DNA from: an uncultured Bacteroidales bacterium
Lineage (GTDB): Bacteria; Bacteroidota; Bacteroidia; Bacteroidales; JAIOZK01
Assembly (NCBI GenBank): GCA_964550205.1
Contig: CAZJYD010000005.1
Span: 27,639-91,638, forward strand
Direction: 5' to 3'
Length of the DNA stretch: 64,000 bases
Shown here: piece after piece, positions 27,422 to 37,014 of the stretch
Layout: the number at the start of each line of letters is the position of its first letter
Position numbering within the stretch: position 1 is the first letter of the stretch
Translations under genes and position numbers: made by a program
Notes under the pieces: model-generated
Databases searched by the model: none
The model's input: only the letters and a program-made list of their open reading frames with translations
Told to the model about the DNA's origin: nothing

Positions 27422-29265
27422 TGTCGGATTTGATCAAACTATTACCGGATTCTGTTGCCAATCAGATTGCTGCAGGTGAAGTTATTCAACGTCCTGCCTC
27501 TGCAGTTAAAGAACTGCTTGAAAACTCCATAGATGCCGGAGCAGATGATATTACACTTGTGATAAAGGATGCAGGCAAAACCTCCATTCAGGTAACCGAT
27601 AACGGATGCGGTATGTCGGAAAGAGATGCCAGGATGAGCTTTGAAAGACATGCAACATCAAAAATACACAAAGCCGATGATCTTTTTGCCATACGCACCA
27701 TGGGCTTTAGAGGTGAGGCACTGGCTTCGATAGCCGCCATTTCATTAACTGAAATAAAAACAAAAACGACCGAAGACGAAATAGGAATCCAAATTAAAAT
27801 TGAAGGATCTAAACTAATTGATCAGCAACCTGTCTCCTGTCCCACAGGTACAACTATTATCGTGAAAAATCTTTTTTTTAATGTCCCCGCCAGAAGAAAA
27901 TTCCTGAAGTCAAATACAGCAGAATTCCGTCATATAATCGAAGAGTTTCAGCGTATTGCCATTCCAAATTCTGATAAATCATTAAGTCTGACACATAATG
28001 GCAAAACCATATTCAAATTACCAAAATCTTCTTTAAAGGAACGTATAGTAAATATAATGGGTTCATACTATAATGAGCGCATTATAAAAGTAGAACAAAC
28101 CACCAACCAGGTGCATATTTTTGGCTATATAGGAAAACCCCAATATGCAAAAAAAACAAGGGGGGAGCAATATTTCTTTGTCAATAAGAGGTTTATAAAG
28201 CATCCTTATCTTCATCACGCCGTGGATAATGCTTTTGAGGAATTACTGCCAAATGATACTTATCCTTCATACTTCATTTTCATTGAAATATATCCTGATA
28301 AAATTGATATCAATATTCACCCTACAAAAACAGAAGTAAACTTTGAGAATTATCAATTGATATATGCAATAATAAAATCTGCCATCAGACAATCACTGGG
28401 AAAATTCAACATTATCCCCAGTATGGATTTTGAAGTTGAACAAAGTCTGGATTTAAGAGAACGGGATAAGGACCAGCCTGTCAGAAATCCTTTTTATCAA
28501 AAAGAAACACAATATAATCCATTTGAATCAGGCAACAGGCAAAAGCGTTCAAAGGATCATGCACGATACGGTACATCATCGAAACATGACTGGGAAAACC
28601 TTTATGAAATAACCAAAAGTTCCGGAATACAGGATGATAAGGATAAAACGGAACAATTAAGCCAGTCTCATTCCGAAAGTTCTAAATTATTTGATATTAG
28701 TGCTTCACGAAAATTCTTTCAGGTTCAAAACCGCCTTATTATTACTTTCATTAAATCGGGTATTATGATCATTGACCAGCACAATGCTCATCTGAGGATA
28801 CTTTATGAAAAATACCTCGATCAACTTAAGCGGAAAAAAACCACTACCCAAAAGGAATTATTTCCACAGCATATTAACTTTTCACAGGAAAACAGTGAAA
28901 TACTCAGAGAAATTAAAAACGAATTGAAAATCATTGGTTTCAGCATCAACGAATTTGGTAAAAACACTTTTGTCCTCGACGGTTCCCCGTCAAATTGTAT
29001 TAATATGAATATAAGTGATATTTTAGAAGAAATCATTGAAAATTTCAGAAATAACATTTCAGAATATAACCTAAGCACTACAATTAGCCTTGCCAGAGCT
29101 TTAGCTGCCGGGCTGGCAATACGCCATGGTAAAAAGCTACAACCTGAGGAAATGGAAGAACTGAATGACCAATTATTTTCATGTTCTATTCCTGATAAGA
29201 CGCCTGATGGCAGGTTAACCTTTGAGATCATTCCTTTCGAGAGTATCGACAAAAAATTTAAATAA
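27421..29265 (+). CDS. mutL: DNA mismatch repair endonuclease MutL
   Basis: GHKL N-terminus VANQIAAGEVIQRPASAVKELLENSIDAGA, DNGCGM and GFRGEAL. Length is 614 aa. Confidence 0.95.
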   Translation: MSDLIKLLPDSVANQIAAGEVIQRPASAVKELLENSIDAGADDITLVIKDAGKTSIQVTDNGCGMSERDARMSFERHATSKIHKADDLFAIRTMGFRGEALASIAAISLTEIKTKTTEDEIGIQIKIEGSKLIDQQPVSCPTGTTIIVKNLFFNVPARRKFLKSNTAEFRHIIEEFQRIAIPNSDKSLSLTHNGKTIFKLPKSSLKERIVNIMGSYYNERIIKVEQTTNQVHIFGYIGKPQYAKKTRGEQYFFVNKRFIKHPYLHHAVDNAFEELLPNDTYPSYFIFIEIYPDKIDINIHPTKTEVNFENYQLIYAIIKSAIRQSLGKFNIIPSMDFEVEQSLDLRERDKDQPVRNPFYQKETQYNPFESGNRQKRSKDHARYGTSSKHDWENLYEITKSSGIQDDKDKTEQLSQSHSESSKLFDISASRKFFQVQNRLIITFIKSGIMIIDQHNAHLRILYEKYLDQLKRKKTTTQKELFPQHINFSQENSEILREIKNELKIIGFSINEFGKNTFVLDGSPSNCINMNISDILEEIIENFRNNISEYNLSTTISLARALAAGLAIRHGKKLQPEEMEELNDQLFSCSIPDKTPDGRLTFEIIPFESIDKKFK

Positions 29266-29293
29266 TAAAACAACAATAAACCAGTCAGGTTGT

Positions 29294-29301
29294 TAATTTT
29301 G
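29294..29301 (+). promoter_or_regulatory. possible internal -7 box (TAATTTTG) ahead of the rhomboid genes
   Basis: Matches TAnnTTTG, 28 nt upstream of the ATG at 29329. Confidence 0.4.
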
Positions 29302-29328
29302 CAGCAGAAACAAAAATAAATCATACAG

Positions 29329-30177
29329 ATGGAGCAACAGATCAGACCGCGAGGATTCAGGATATTACCACCTGTAGTAAAGAATTTATTAATTTTAAAC
29401 GGAATATTTTTTCTTGCAACCATTGTTCTTGAAAGTGTTTATGGTATTGATTTGATCGATTACCTTGGTCTGCATTATTTGCCTTCAGAAAAATTCCAGC
29501 CTTACCAGTTTATCACATATATGTTCATGCATGCCGGCTTTGCACATATACTATTTAATATGTTTGCACTATGGATGTTTGGTAATGCACTGGAAAACTT
29601 ATGGGGGCCTAAGCGCTTTTTATTTTATTATTTTGTGACAGGTATCGGGGCTGCTCTGGTTCATTATATCGTTTATTTCTTCCAGATAAATCCAACCTTA
29701 CAGGCGATGAATGCATTTTTGTCAGATCCGAGTTTTGCAAGTCTGCAATCGTTTGTTCAGTCACATGAATTTCATGTTAGTGAATACTCAGGACAAATAT
29801 GGCGTCAGTTCCTTGAATTCAAGCAAGATTATAGCACACTGGCTTTTAATGAAGATAACCACCATGCCCTGCAAAATGCTGTTACATTCATTTCCAAATA
29901 TAAAGAATATTATCTTAATCTTCCTAATGTTGTAGGAGCTTCCGGAGCAGTATTCGGTATATTACTCGCTTTTGGAATGTTGTTTCCCAACGCAATAATA
30001 TATCTTTATTTTGCTATTCCTATTAAAGCAAAATGGTTTGTTATTATTTACGGTGCTATTGAATTATATGCAGGTATTGCGAATACCGGAGATAATGTGG
30101 CCCATTTTGCGCATCTGGGTGGTATGATTTTTGGGTTCTTCCTTATTAAATACTGGAAAAAACGAAATCGAAGATAA
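29329..30177 (+). CDS. rhomboid-family intramembrane serine protease (with an ~85-aa TM3-TM4 insertion)
   Basis: HAGFAHILFNMFALWMFG (HxxxN), the catalytic block GASGAVFG, and AHFAHLGG. Confidence 0.85.
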   Translation: MEQQIRPRGFRILPPVVKNLLILNGIFFLATIVLESVYGIDLIDYLGLHYLPSEKFQPYQFITYMFMHAGFAHILFNMFALWMFGNALENLWGPKRFLFYYFVTGIGAALVHYIVYFFQINPTLQAMNAFLSDPSFASLQSFVQSHEFHVSEYSGQIWRQFLEFKQDYSTLAFNEDNHHALQNAVTFISKYKEYYLNLPNVVGASGAVFGILLAFGMLFPNAIIYLYFAIPIKAKWFVIIYGAIELYAGIANTGDNVAHFAHLGGMIFGFFLIKYWKKRNRR

Positions 30178-31112
30178 TGAATCCATATTACAGAAATCCG
30201 CTTGATGAAGTTAAAGCATTTTTTAAAAGAAAAACCATACTATCCAGACTGATACTTATCAATTTAGGGGTGTTCATTTTTGTTAATCTTGTTAGCCTGT
30301 TTTTATGGCTTTTTCAGGTAAACTCCCAAACTATGGAACAATTTAATATTTCTCCGCTGGTATACTGGTTATCTGTTCCTGCCGATGTTAACAACTTAAT
30401 AACAAGACCTTGGAGTATTATTACCTATATGTTCCTTCAGCAAAATTTCTTTCATTTATTTTTCAACATGTTTGTATTATACTTTGGCGGTCGTATTTTT
30501 ATGGAATATCTCAGTCAAAAGAAATTACTCAGTACATATATATGGGGCGGTATTCTAGGAGCATTATTCTTTATTATTTCTTTTAATCTTTTTCCAGTGT
30601 TTGAAAGCTATACTTCTTTAGCTATTGCACTGGGTGCTTCAGCCTCTGTGCTTGCAATACTTGTAGCCATTTCAACATATGTTCCGAATTATACCGTAAA
30701 CTTATTGTTATTCGGAAGGGTGAAGCTAAAATATATTGCCATAGTACTTGTTGTTATAGATGTATTAAGCATACAGAGAGAAAATCCCGGAGGACATATA
30801 GCACACCTGGGAGGTGCATTCTGGGGCTTCATTTACATATTGATGTTAAAAAAAGGTTATAATATGAGCTTTTTCAGTAACATATTTGATTTTAAAAAAT
30901 TATTTCAACCTTTCTTAAAACCCAAAAAACCGAAACAAAGCACAACAGCAAATTACAATGAAAGACCTATTACTGATGATGAATATAACTATAAACGTGT
31001 TCAAAAACAGAAAAGAATTGATAACATACTTGAGAAGATATCCAAATCTGGTTACGAAAGCCTGACAAAGGAAGAGAAAGAATTTCTCTTCAGAATGAGT
31101 AACAAAAAATAA
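30177..31112 (+). CDS. rhomboid-family intramembrane serine protease with a basic/acidic C-terminal tail
   Basis: FFHLFFNMFVLYFGG, GASASVLA and HIAHLGGAFWG. The start overlaps the previous stop (ATAATG). Confidence 0.8.
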   Translation: MNPYYRNPLDEVKAFFKRKTILSRLILINLGVFIFVNLVSLFLWLFQVNSQTMEQFNISPLVYWLSVPADVNNLITRPWSIITYMFLQQNFFHLFFNMFVLYFGGRIFMEYLSQKKLLSTYIWGGILGALFFIISFNLFPVFESYTSLAIALGASASVLAILVAISTYVPNYTVNLLLFGRVKLKYIAIVLVVIDVLSIQRENPGGHIAHLGGAFWGFIYILMLKKGYNMSFFSNIFDFKKLFQPFLKPKKPKQSTTANYNERPITDDEYNYKRVQKQKRIDNILEKISKSGYESLTKEEKEFLFRMSNKK

Positions 31113-31113
31113 G

Positions 31114-32223
31114 GTGCAAAATAAAAAACGGCTAAAAAAGGTTTCATTTACAACAAAAATATTATTGTTGATAAATCTGATAGTAATCATCGCATTATTA
31201 CTATCCTATTTATCCAATTATATATCGCCGGCAAAATGGGCTTTCCCTGCATTTTTCGGAATAACATATCCAATTATTCTATTAATAAATATATTCTTTG
31301 TAATACTTTGGCTACTGCTATGGAAAAAATATTTATTTCTATCATTAATTGTCATTTTGTCAGGAGCAGGATTTATAGGCAAATATTTACAATTTAATAA
31401 GCAGGAAGAAATACCTGACAAAAACAAAGTTTTAAAAATACTAACATTCAATGTGCATAATCTGACCGAGAACAATTTTAAAAAGCTGGATCAAAAACAA
31501 AATCAGATCTTTGAATACCTGGTTGAGCAATATGCTGATATCACCTGTCTTCAGGAATTCTTTTCTTTCGGGGAGAATTACTATTATCCACTTGTGTTTC
31601 TTCAACGAAAGCTTAACGCTGATAACTATTATTTTCAAAGCTACTATAATCCTTACAGCGAAAAAATAGTTGGTATGGCAATATTCAGCAAACTAAAACG
31701 AATTAATAGTGGAACACTATTCCATGATTCCACAAGAAATTTCGGTATTTATGGTGATTATATATTCATTAATGACACATTCCGGGTTTACAATATTCAT
31801 CTGGAATCGCTTTATCTGGGAAAAGATGATTACGATATGATTACAGGAAATCAATTAAACAAAATCGACAGGAAAAAATCATCCGAACTTATGAGTAAAT
31901 TAAATATCGCTTTCAGAAACAGAGCCATGCAGGTTAATTCTATTGCAGAACATATGAATACAAGTCCTTATCCTGTTATTTTATGTGGCGATTTTAATGA
32001 TATACCAACATCATATGCATATCATCGTCTCACATCAGGCTTAAAAGATGCTTTTGTTGAACGTGGTTATGGCATGAATAAAACATTCAGAGGCAAATTA
32101 CCGTACTTCAGAATAGACTATATCTGTTACGATCCGGTTTTTAAGGCAAAGAAATTTAATTCAACCGCCGTTGGGATTTCGGATCATTTTCCTGTTTCCT
32201 GTTATCTGGAGAAAACGAATTAG
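31114..32223 (+). CDS. membrane-anchored endonuclease/exonuclease/phosphatase (EEP) family protein
   Basis: Three N-terminal TM helices, then ILTFNVHN, LQEF, GDFND and SDHFPV, which are EEP motifs. Confidence 0.8.
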   Translation: MQNKKRLKKVSFTTKILLLINLIVIIALLLSYLSNYISPAKWAFPAFFGITYPIILLINIFFVILWLLLWKKYLFLSLIVILSGAGFIGKYLQFNKQEEIPDKNKVLKILTFNVHNLTENNFKKLDQKQNQIFEYLVEQYADITCLQEFFSFGENYYYPLVFLQRKLNADNYYFQSYYNPYSEKIVGMAIFSKLKRINSGTLFHDSTRNFGIYGDYIFINDTFRVYNIHLESLYLGKDDYDMITGNQLNKIDRKKSSELMSKLNIAFRNRAMQVNSIAEHMNTSPYPVILCGDFNDIPTSYAYHRLTSGLKDAFVERGYGMNKTFRGKLPYFRIDYICYDPVFKAKKFNSTAVGISDHFPVSCYLEKTN

Positions 32224-32243
32224 TAAACAAACTATCAATATCT

Positions 32244-34280
32244 ATGAAATTTAATCTGGTGTCTGATTTTAAACCCACCGGTGACCAGCCTGAGGCAATT
32301 AAACAATTGTCGGAAGGCATAATCAGGGGGGATGAAGCTCAAACCCTTCTCGGTGTTACAGGTTCGGGAAAAACATTTACCATTGCCAATGTTTTGCAGG
32401 AGATTAACAGACCCACATTAGTACTTAGTCATAATAAAACGCTTGCTGCCCAATTATATGGGGAGTTCAAATATTTTTTCCCTGATAATGCGATTGAATA
32501 TTTTGTTTCGTACTACGATTATTACCAGCCGGAAGCATACATACCATCAACAAATACTTACATAGAAAAGGACCTTTCTATTAATGATGAAATAGAGAAG
32601 TTACGATTAAGTGCAACTTCGGCACTTCTTTCCGGGAGAAGGGATGTTGTTGTTGTTTCTTCGGTATCCTGTATATATGGTATAGGCAATCCTGATGATT
32701 TTACAAATAACATAATACAGGTAACAACAGGTGATTATATCAAAAGAAACAAATTATTACATGATCTTGTTTCCAGTTTATATTCGCGTGACGAAATTGA
32801 ATTCGGCCGTGGAAAATTCAGGGTCAGAGGTGATACTGTTGACATTTTTCCGGCATATTCTGATTTTGCTTACAGGATTTATTTCTGGGGAGATGAGATA
32901 GAAGCTATAGAATCATTTAATGCATACGATGGCCAAAAATTAAATGATCATGAAAAAATTATTATTTACCCTGCTAATGTTTTTATTACCTCTCAGGATA
33001 AGATGAAACAGGCACTAAATGAGATCAGGGATGACCTTACAAAGCAAATAACATATTTTAAAGAAAATAGCCTGCAGCTTGAGGCCAATCGACTTGAAGA
33101 CAGAGTATTATATGATGTAGAGATGATGCAGGAGCTTGGATACTGTTCGGGAATTGAGAATTATTCCAGGTATTTTGACGGTCGTAAACCGGGCACAAGA
33201 CCATTTTGTTTGTTAGACTATTTTCCTGATGATTATTTAATTGTTATTGATGAAAGTCATGTTACCATACCCCAGATAAGGGCTATGTACGGTGGGGACA
33301 GATCAAGGAAACAAACACTTGTAGAGCATGGCTTCAGGCTTCCTTCTGCTATGGATAACAGACCATTGAAATTTGATGAGTTTGAGTCTATGATCAATCA
33401 GGCAGTTTTTGTAAGCGCCACTCCATCGGATTATGAGTTGCAAAAATCAGAAGGGGTTGTCGTTGAACAATTAATCAGACCTACCGGATTATTGGATCCT
33501 GTTATTGAGGTCAGACCTAGCGAGAATCAAATTGACGACCTGCTCGACGAAATTAATAAAACCGTTGAACTGGATAACAGGGCTCTTGTAACCACTCTGA
33601 CAAAAAGGATGGCTGAAGAACTGACAAAATACATGACAAAACTAAACATTAAATGCCGTTACATACACAGCGAAGTTGGCACTATTGAAAGGGTTGAGAT
33701 AATGAGAGATCTTCGTTTTGGCGAATTTGATGTGCTTGTTGGTGTGAACCTTCTGCGTGAAGGTTTGGATTTACCTGAAGTTGCTCTCGTAGCAATTCTT
33801 GATGCTGATAAAGAAGGTTTTTTAAGATCAGAAAAATCATTAACACAAACAGCCGGAAGGGCTGCAAGAAACTTAAACAGTAAAGTATTAATGTATGCTG
33901 ACACTATAACTTTGTCAATGCAAAAATCTATTGATGAGACCAACCGTAGAAGAGAAAAACAAATTCTTTATAATCAAAAGCATAATATCACTCCTGCCCC
34001 AATCCAAAAATCCAGGGAGTCTATTATGAGCCAGACTAGTGTTGCGGATTCCAGAAAAAAAGAACCACAGCCATACATAGAAAATGATAAAACTAATGTT
34101 GCAGCCGATCCTGTTGTTCAATATATGAATGCAGATCAAATTAAACGGTTGATATCAGAAAACAAAAATGCTATGCAAAAAGCTGTTAAAAAACTCGATT
34201 TTATAGAAGCAGCAAGAATAAGAGATGAAATATACGCATTAGACGAATTGCTTAAAAATAAAGCTAATAATTTTTCATGA
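32244..34280 (+). CDS. uvrB: excinuclease ABC subunit B
   Basis: GVTGSGKT, IDESHVT, the YVSYYDYYQPEAY beta-hairpin region, and a C-terminal UVR motif (FIEAARIRDEI). Confidence 0.97.
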   Translation: MKFNLVSDFKPTGDQPEAIKQLSEGIIRGDEAQTLLGVTGSGKTFTIANVLQEINRPTLVLSHNKTLAAQLYGEFKYFFPDNAIEYFVSYYDYYQPEAYIPSTNTYIEKDLSINDEIEKLRLSATSALLSGRRDVVVVSSVSCIYGIGNPDDFTNNIIQVTTGDYIKRNKLLHDLVSSLYSRDEIEFGRGKFRVRGDTVDIFPAYSDFAYRIYFWGDEIEAIESFNAYDGQKLNDHEKIIIYPANVFITSQDKMKQALNEIRDDLTKQITYFKENSLQLEANRLEDRVLYDVEMMQELGYCSGIENYSRYFDGRKPGTRPFCLLDYFPDDYLIVIDESHVTIPQIRAMYGGDRSRKQTLVEHGFRLPSAMDNRPLKFDEFESMINQAVFVSATPSDYELQKSEGVVVEQLIRPTGLLDPVIEVRPSENQIDDLLDEINKTVELDNRALVTTLTKRMAEELTKYMTKLNIKCRYIHSEVGTIERVEIMRDLRFGEFDVLVGVNLLREGLDLPEVALVAILDADKEGFLRSEKSLTQTAGRAARNLNSKVLMYADTITLSMQKSIDETNRRREKQILYNQKHNITPAPIQKSRESIMSQTSVADSRKKEPQPYIENDKTNVAADPVVQYMNADQIKRLISENKNAMQKAVKKLDFIEAARIRDEIYALDELLKNKANNFS

Positions 34281-34377
34281 TAGTTAATTATAAGTCCATA
34301 TCCATTTCAGATACATTTATTAACCTAAGTTTGCAAATAACTTTACAATGTATTTGGGTTTAATACTTAAAATTGTA

Positions 34378-34385
34378 TATATTTG
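34378..34385 (+). promoter_or_regulatory. -7 box (TATATTTG) at the head of the EPS locus
   Basis: Matches TAnnTTTG, 40 nt upstream of the ATG at 34425. Confidence 0.45.
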
Positions 34386-34424
34386 TTTTTTTAAAAATCG
34401 TTTTTTTTGTAAAAAATTAGTTCG

Positions 34425-34796
34425 ATGAAGAAGAAAATTCTAATTATTGATGATGAATTAAGCATCAGAATGTTGCTTGAAAATTTCCTTAAAAAGGATT
34501 ACCAGGTTATCACAAAAAATGATGGACTTGATGGGCTCAAGTGGATGGAAGAAGGTAATATTCCTGATTTAATAGTAGCAGATATTCAGATGCCAAATCT
34601 CGACGGTTATGAATTCATTAAGAATGTTCGAGCGAGTGGCTATTTCAAGGACATACCTCTCATAATGCTTTCGGGTATTGAAAGTAGTTCAGAAAAGGTA
34701 AAATGCCTTAAATTGGGCGCCAATGATTATATTGTTAAACCATTTAACCCGGAAGAATTATCAATAAGAATCGAATTACTACTCAGCAGAAAATAG
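34425..34796 (+). CDS. single-domain (CheY-like) response regulator, canonical
   Basis: All receiver signature residues are present: ILIIDDE, LIVADIQMPNLDG, LIMLSG and YIVKPF. There is no output domain. Confidence 0.9.
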   Translation: MKKKILIIDDELSIRMLLENFLKKDYQVITKNDGLDGLKWMEEGNIPDLIVADIQMPNLDGYEFIKNVRASGYFKDIPLIMLSGIESSSEKVKCLKLGANDYIVKPFNPEELSIRIELLLSRK

Positions 34797-34814
34797 TCCT
34801 CACTACCTTGCTAA

Positions 34815-36035
34815 ATGATCAACCAGATGGAAATTAATACTGATAAAGAATATCAAATACTTTATGTAGGCGGGGATACCAAACTTATAAGTAGTTTTAA
34901 AAAAGAATCTCCTTTTTTTATAATTAACCTGGTTGAAAATGGTTTAGAGGCAATTCAATTTCTGAAAAATAATCCGGGAAAGATAGATACCATTATATGC
35001 GAAGATAATCTTCCAGGTGTTAATGGAATTGAACTCTTCAGAATGATCAGGCAAAAATTTTCTTTACAAACAATACCTTTTATAATTATTGCACACGATA
35101 AACCTCAGGAACTGGTAAATAAAGCTATCAAAGAAAAGATTGACGATGTATACTCAGTACCGCTCTCGGTAGAAAAGGTTTTTGAACGCATAAAGTTTGT
35201 TACAAAATATAAAACTGAATATCAAACAGAAGAAAAAGAAAAACAAACTTCACCTGAATATAAAATACCAATTATTAAGAGGGCTTTTGATATAATAGTA
35301 TCAGGTTTTACTTTGATTCTTTTATCTCCTCTTTTTTTTATAATAACCCTGGCAATAAAGATAGAATCTAAAGGCGGTGTTTTTTATACTTCAAAAAGAG
35401 TTGGTACAGGCTATAAGATATTTGATTTCTATAAGTTCAGATCAATGTATACTGGTGCTGACGCTAAACTTAAGGAGCTAGCTCATCTCGATAAATACAG
35501 CAGAAATAAAAAGGAAGAAAAAGAAGAAGAAGAAAAAAAATATTTTGAACAATGCCCCCGTTGTGCAAAGTTACCTGACGGCGAATATTGCTCCCCAACA
35601 CTTTATACAGGTGGACAAAAGATTTGTGAATACTGGTACAATGAAATAACAAAACATAAAGTACAATCGACATTTAAAAAAATTAAGGACGATCCCCGTG
35701 TTACTAAAATCGGAAGAATAATCAGAAATACAAGTATTGATGAATTGCCTCAATTATTTAATGTTTTAAAAGGAGATATGTCTATCGTTGGTAACCGGCC
35801 TCTTCCTCTTTATGAAGCTGAATTGCTAACATCAGACGACTGGAGTGAAAGATTTTTAGGTCCTGCAGGTATAACAGGTTTGTGGCAAGTGGAATTACGT
35901 GGGAAAAAAGGCGAAATGTTGGAAGATGAACGAAAAGCACTGGATAATCAATATGCAAGGACCTATTCTTTCTGGGGTGATATTAAGCTGATTTTACGTA
36001 CTATCCCTGCCTTGCTACAGAAAGAAAATGTATAA
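34815..36035 (+). CDS. undecaprenyl-phosphate sugar-phosphotransferase (monotopic PGT, Bac_transf family) fused to an N-terminal degenerate receiver domain
   Basis: The C-terminal half has the re-entrant helix FDIIVSGFTLILLSPLFFI, then YKFRSM, DDPRVTKIGRIIR, SIDELPQLFNVLKGDMSIVGNRP and GLWQV. The N-terminal ~125 aa has receiver topology, but Glu63 sits at the phospho-Asp position. Confidence 0.85.
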   Translation: MINQMEINTDKEYQILYVGGDTKLISSFKKESPFFIINLVENGLEAIQFLKNNPGKIDTIICEDNLPGVNGIELFRMIRQKFSLQTIPFIIIAHDKPQELVNKAIKEKIDDVYSVPLSVEKVFERIKFVTKYKTEYQTEEKEKQTSPEYKIPIIKRAFDIIVSGFTLILLSPLFFIITLAIKIESKGGVFYTSKRVGTGYKIFDFYKFRSMYTGADAKLKELAHLDKYSRNKKEEKEEEEKKYFEQCPRCAKLPDGEYCSPTLYTGGQKICEYWYNEITKHKVQSTFKKIKDDPRVTKIGRIIRNTSIDELPQLFNVLKGDMSIVGNRPLPLYEAELLTSDDWSERFLGPAGITGLWQVELRGKKGEMLEDERKALDNQYARTYSFWGDIKLILRTIPALLQKENV

Positions 36036-36228
36036 TATTTTACTGTATCACAGACGATTAACAAATGAATTACATTTAATATGCTTTTAACCAAATAATT
36101 ATTAGTGCTCGAATTGTTAAAAACTATTGGATAAATTTTTAAACAAATTTTTCAAATCATATAAAAAATGATGTAGCTTGCTGCTTTATTTCGTAAGTAT
36201 AATATTATTAGGTAAAATACGATTTTGT

Positions 36229-37014
36229 ATGAGATGTATTATGAATAACTTATTATATATCTTAATAATAATAACTTGTTTATCAATCAATAAAGAATCT
36301 TTTCCCCAGATCTATACTGACAAAACAGAAATTGATAGCTCAAGATATTTTAATCCCTTAACTGATGATGTTGCAAAAAAATTACCACCGCTTCAGGCAC
36401 TAATCGATTCTGCAATAGCCAACTCTCCAAATGTTAAAATCCAGGAATTGGAAGCACAGTACAACAGCTATGAAATTAAATCTGAAAAACTCAATTGGTG
36501 GCGAAACATATATCTCGATGCAGAATTAGATGCAGGTAACTGGTTATACAGAGACCGCAACGAATTAGCCGGTAATATTCCTTATGATTATGAATCAAGA
36601 AGATTTTCCTATTACGGTGGTTTTTCTATTCGTTTTCCTCTTATTGATATTTTTAACAGAAGGAATCAAATCAATATGAAAAAGAAATTAAAAGAAATTT
36701 CTCTGGTCAGAAGAGAGTTGAGAATTCGTGAAATACGGGAATTGGTTGTTACAACTTATAATGAACTTATTCAGCAACAAAGATTACTTAGAATAAGTAA
36801 TGAATATCAACAATATGCTAATATTTATATGCCTATCGCAGAAATGGAATTCAAGAACGGTGAAATACCGGCCTCAGAATTACAAAGGTTGAAGGACTAC
36901 CAAACCAGAGGTGCAATTATGTTTGCTGATATTGTAAAGGCATTTAATGAGGCATACTGGAAATTAGAAGAGATTGTTGGTATGAAGTTCAATTTAATAA
37001 ATGTAATGAAGTAA
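36229..37014 (+). CDS. single-repeat TolC/OEP-like outer-membrane protein
   Basis: Signal-like N-terminus followed by one OEP-type unit: LQALIDSAIANSPNVK..., two strands, and long helices. The ORF track opens at a TTG (36178); the ATGs at 36229 or 36241 are more likely starts. Its stop overlaps the next ATG. Confidence 0.6.
   Translation: MRCIMNNLLYILIIITCLSINKESFPQIYTDKTEIDSSRYFNPLTDDVAKKLPPLQALIDSAIANSPNVKIQELEAQYNSYEIKSEKLNWWRNIYLDAELDAGNWLYRDRNELAGNIPYDYESRRFSYYGGFSIRFPLIDIFNRRNQINMKKKLKEISLVRRELRIREIRELVVTTYNELIQQQRLLRISNEYQQYANIYMPIAEMEFKNGEIPASELQRLKDYQTRGAIMFADIVKAFNEAYWKLEEIVGMKFNLINVMK

Noticed and set aside
28821-29423. A 200-aa antisense ORF inside mutL, plus similar antisense ORFs such as 12367-12846, 14371-14709, 38903-39304 and 8767-9177.
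   Set aside because: They lie fully opposite strongly supported genes, have low-complexity or hydrophobic composition, and carry no motifs. They look like typical shadow ORFs.
36178-36228. The TTG start at 36178 for the TolC-like gene.
   Set aside because: It would put 17-21 extra hydrophobic or basic residues ahead of a good signal peptide. In-frame ATGs at 36229 and 36241 are more plausible starts.
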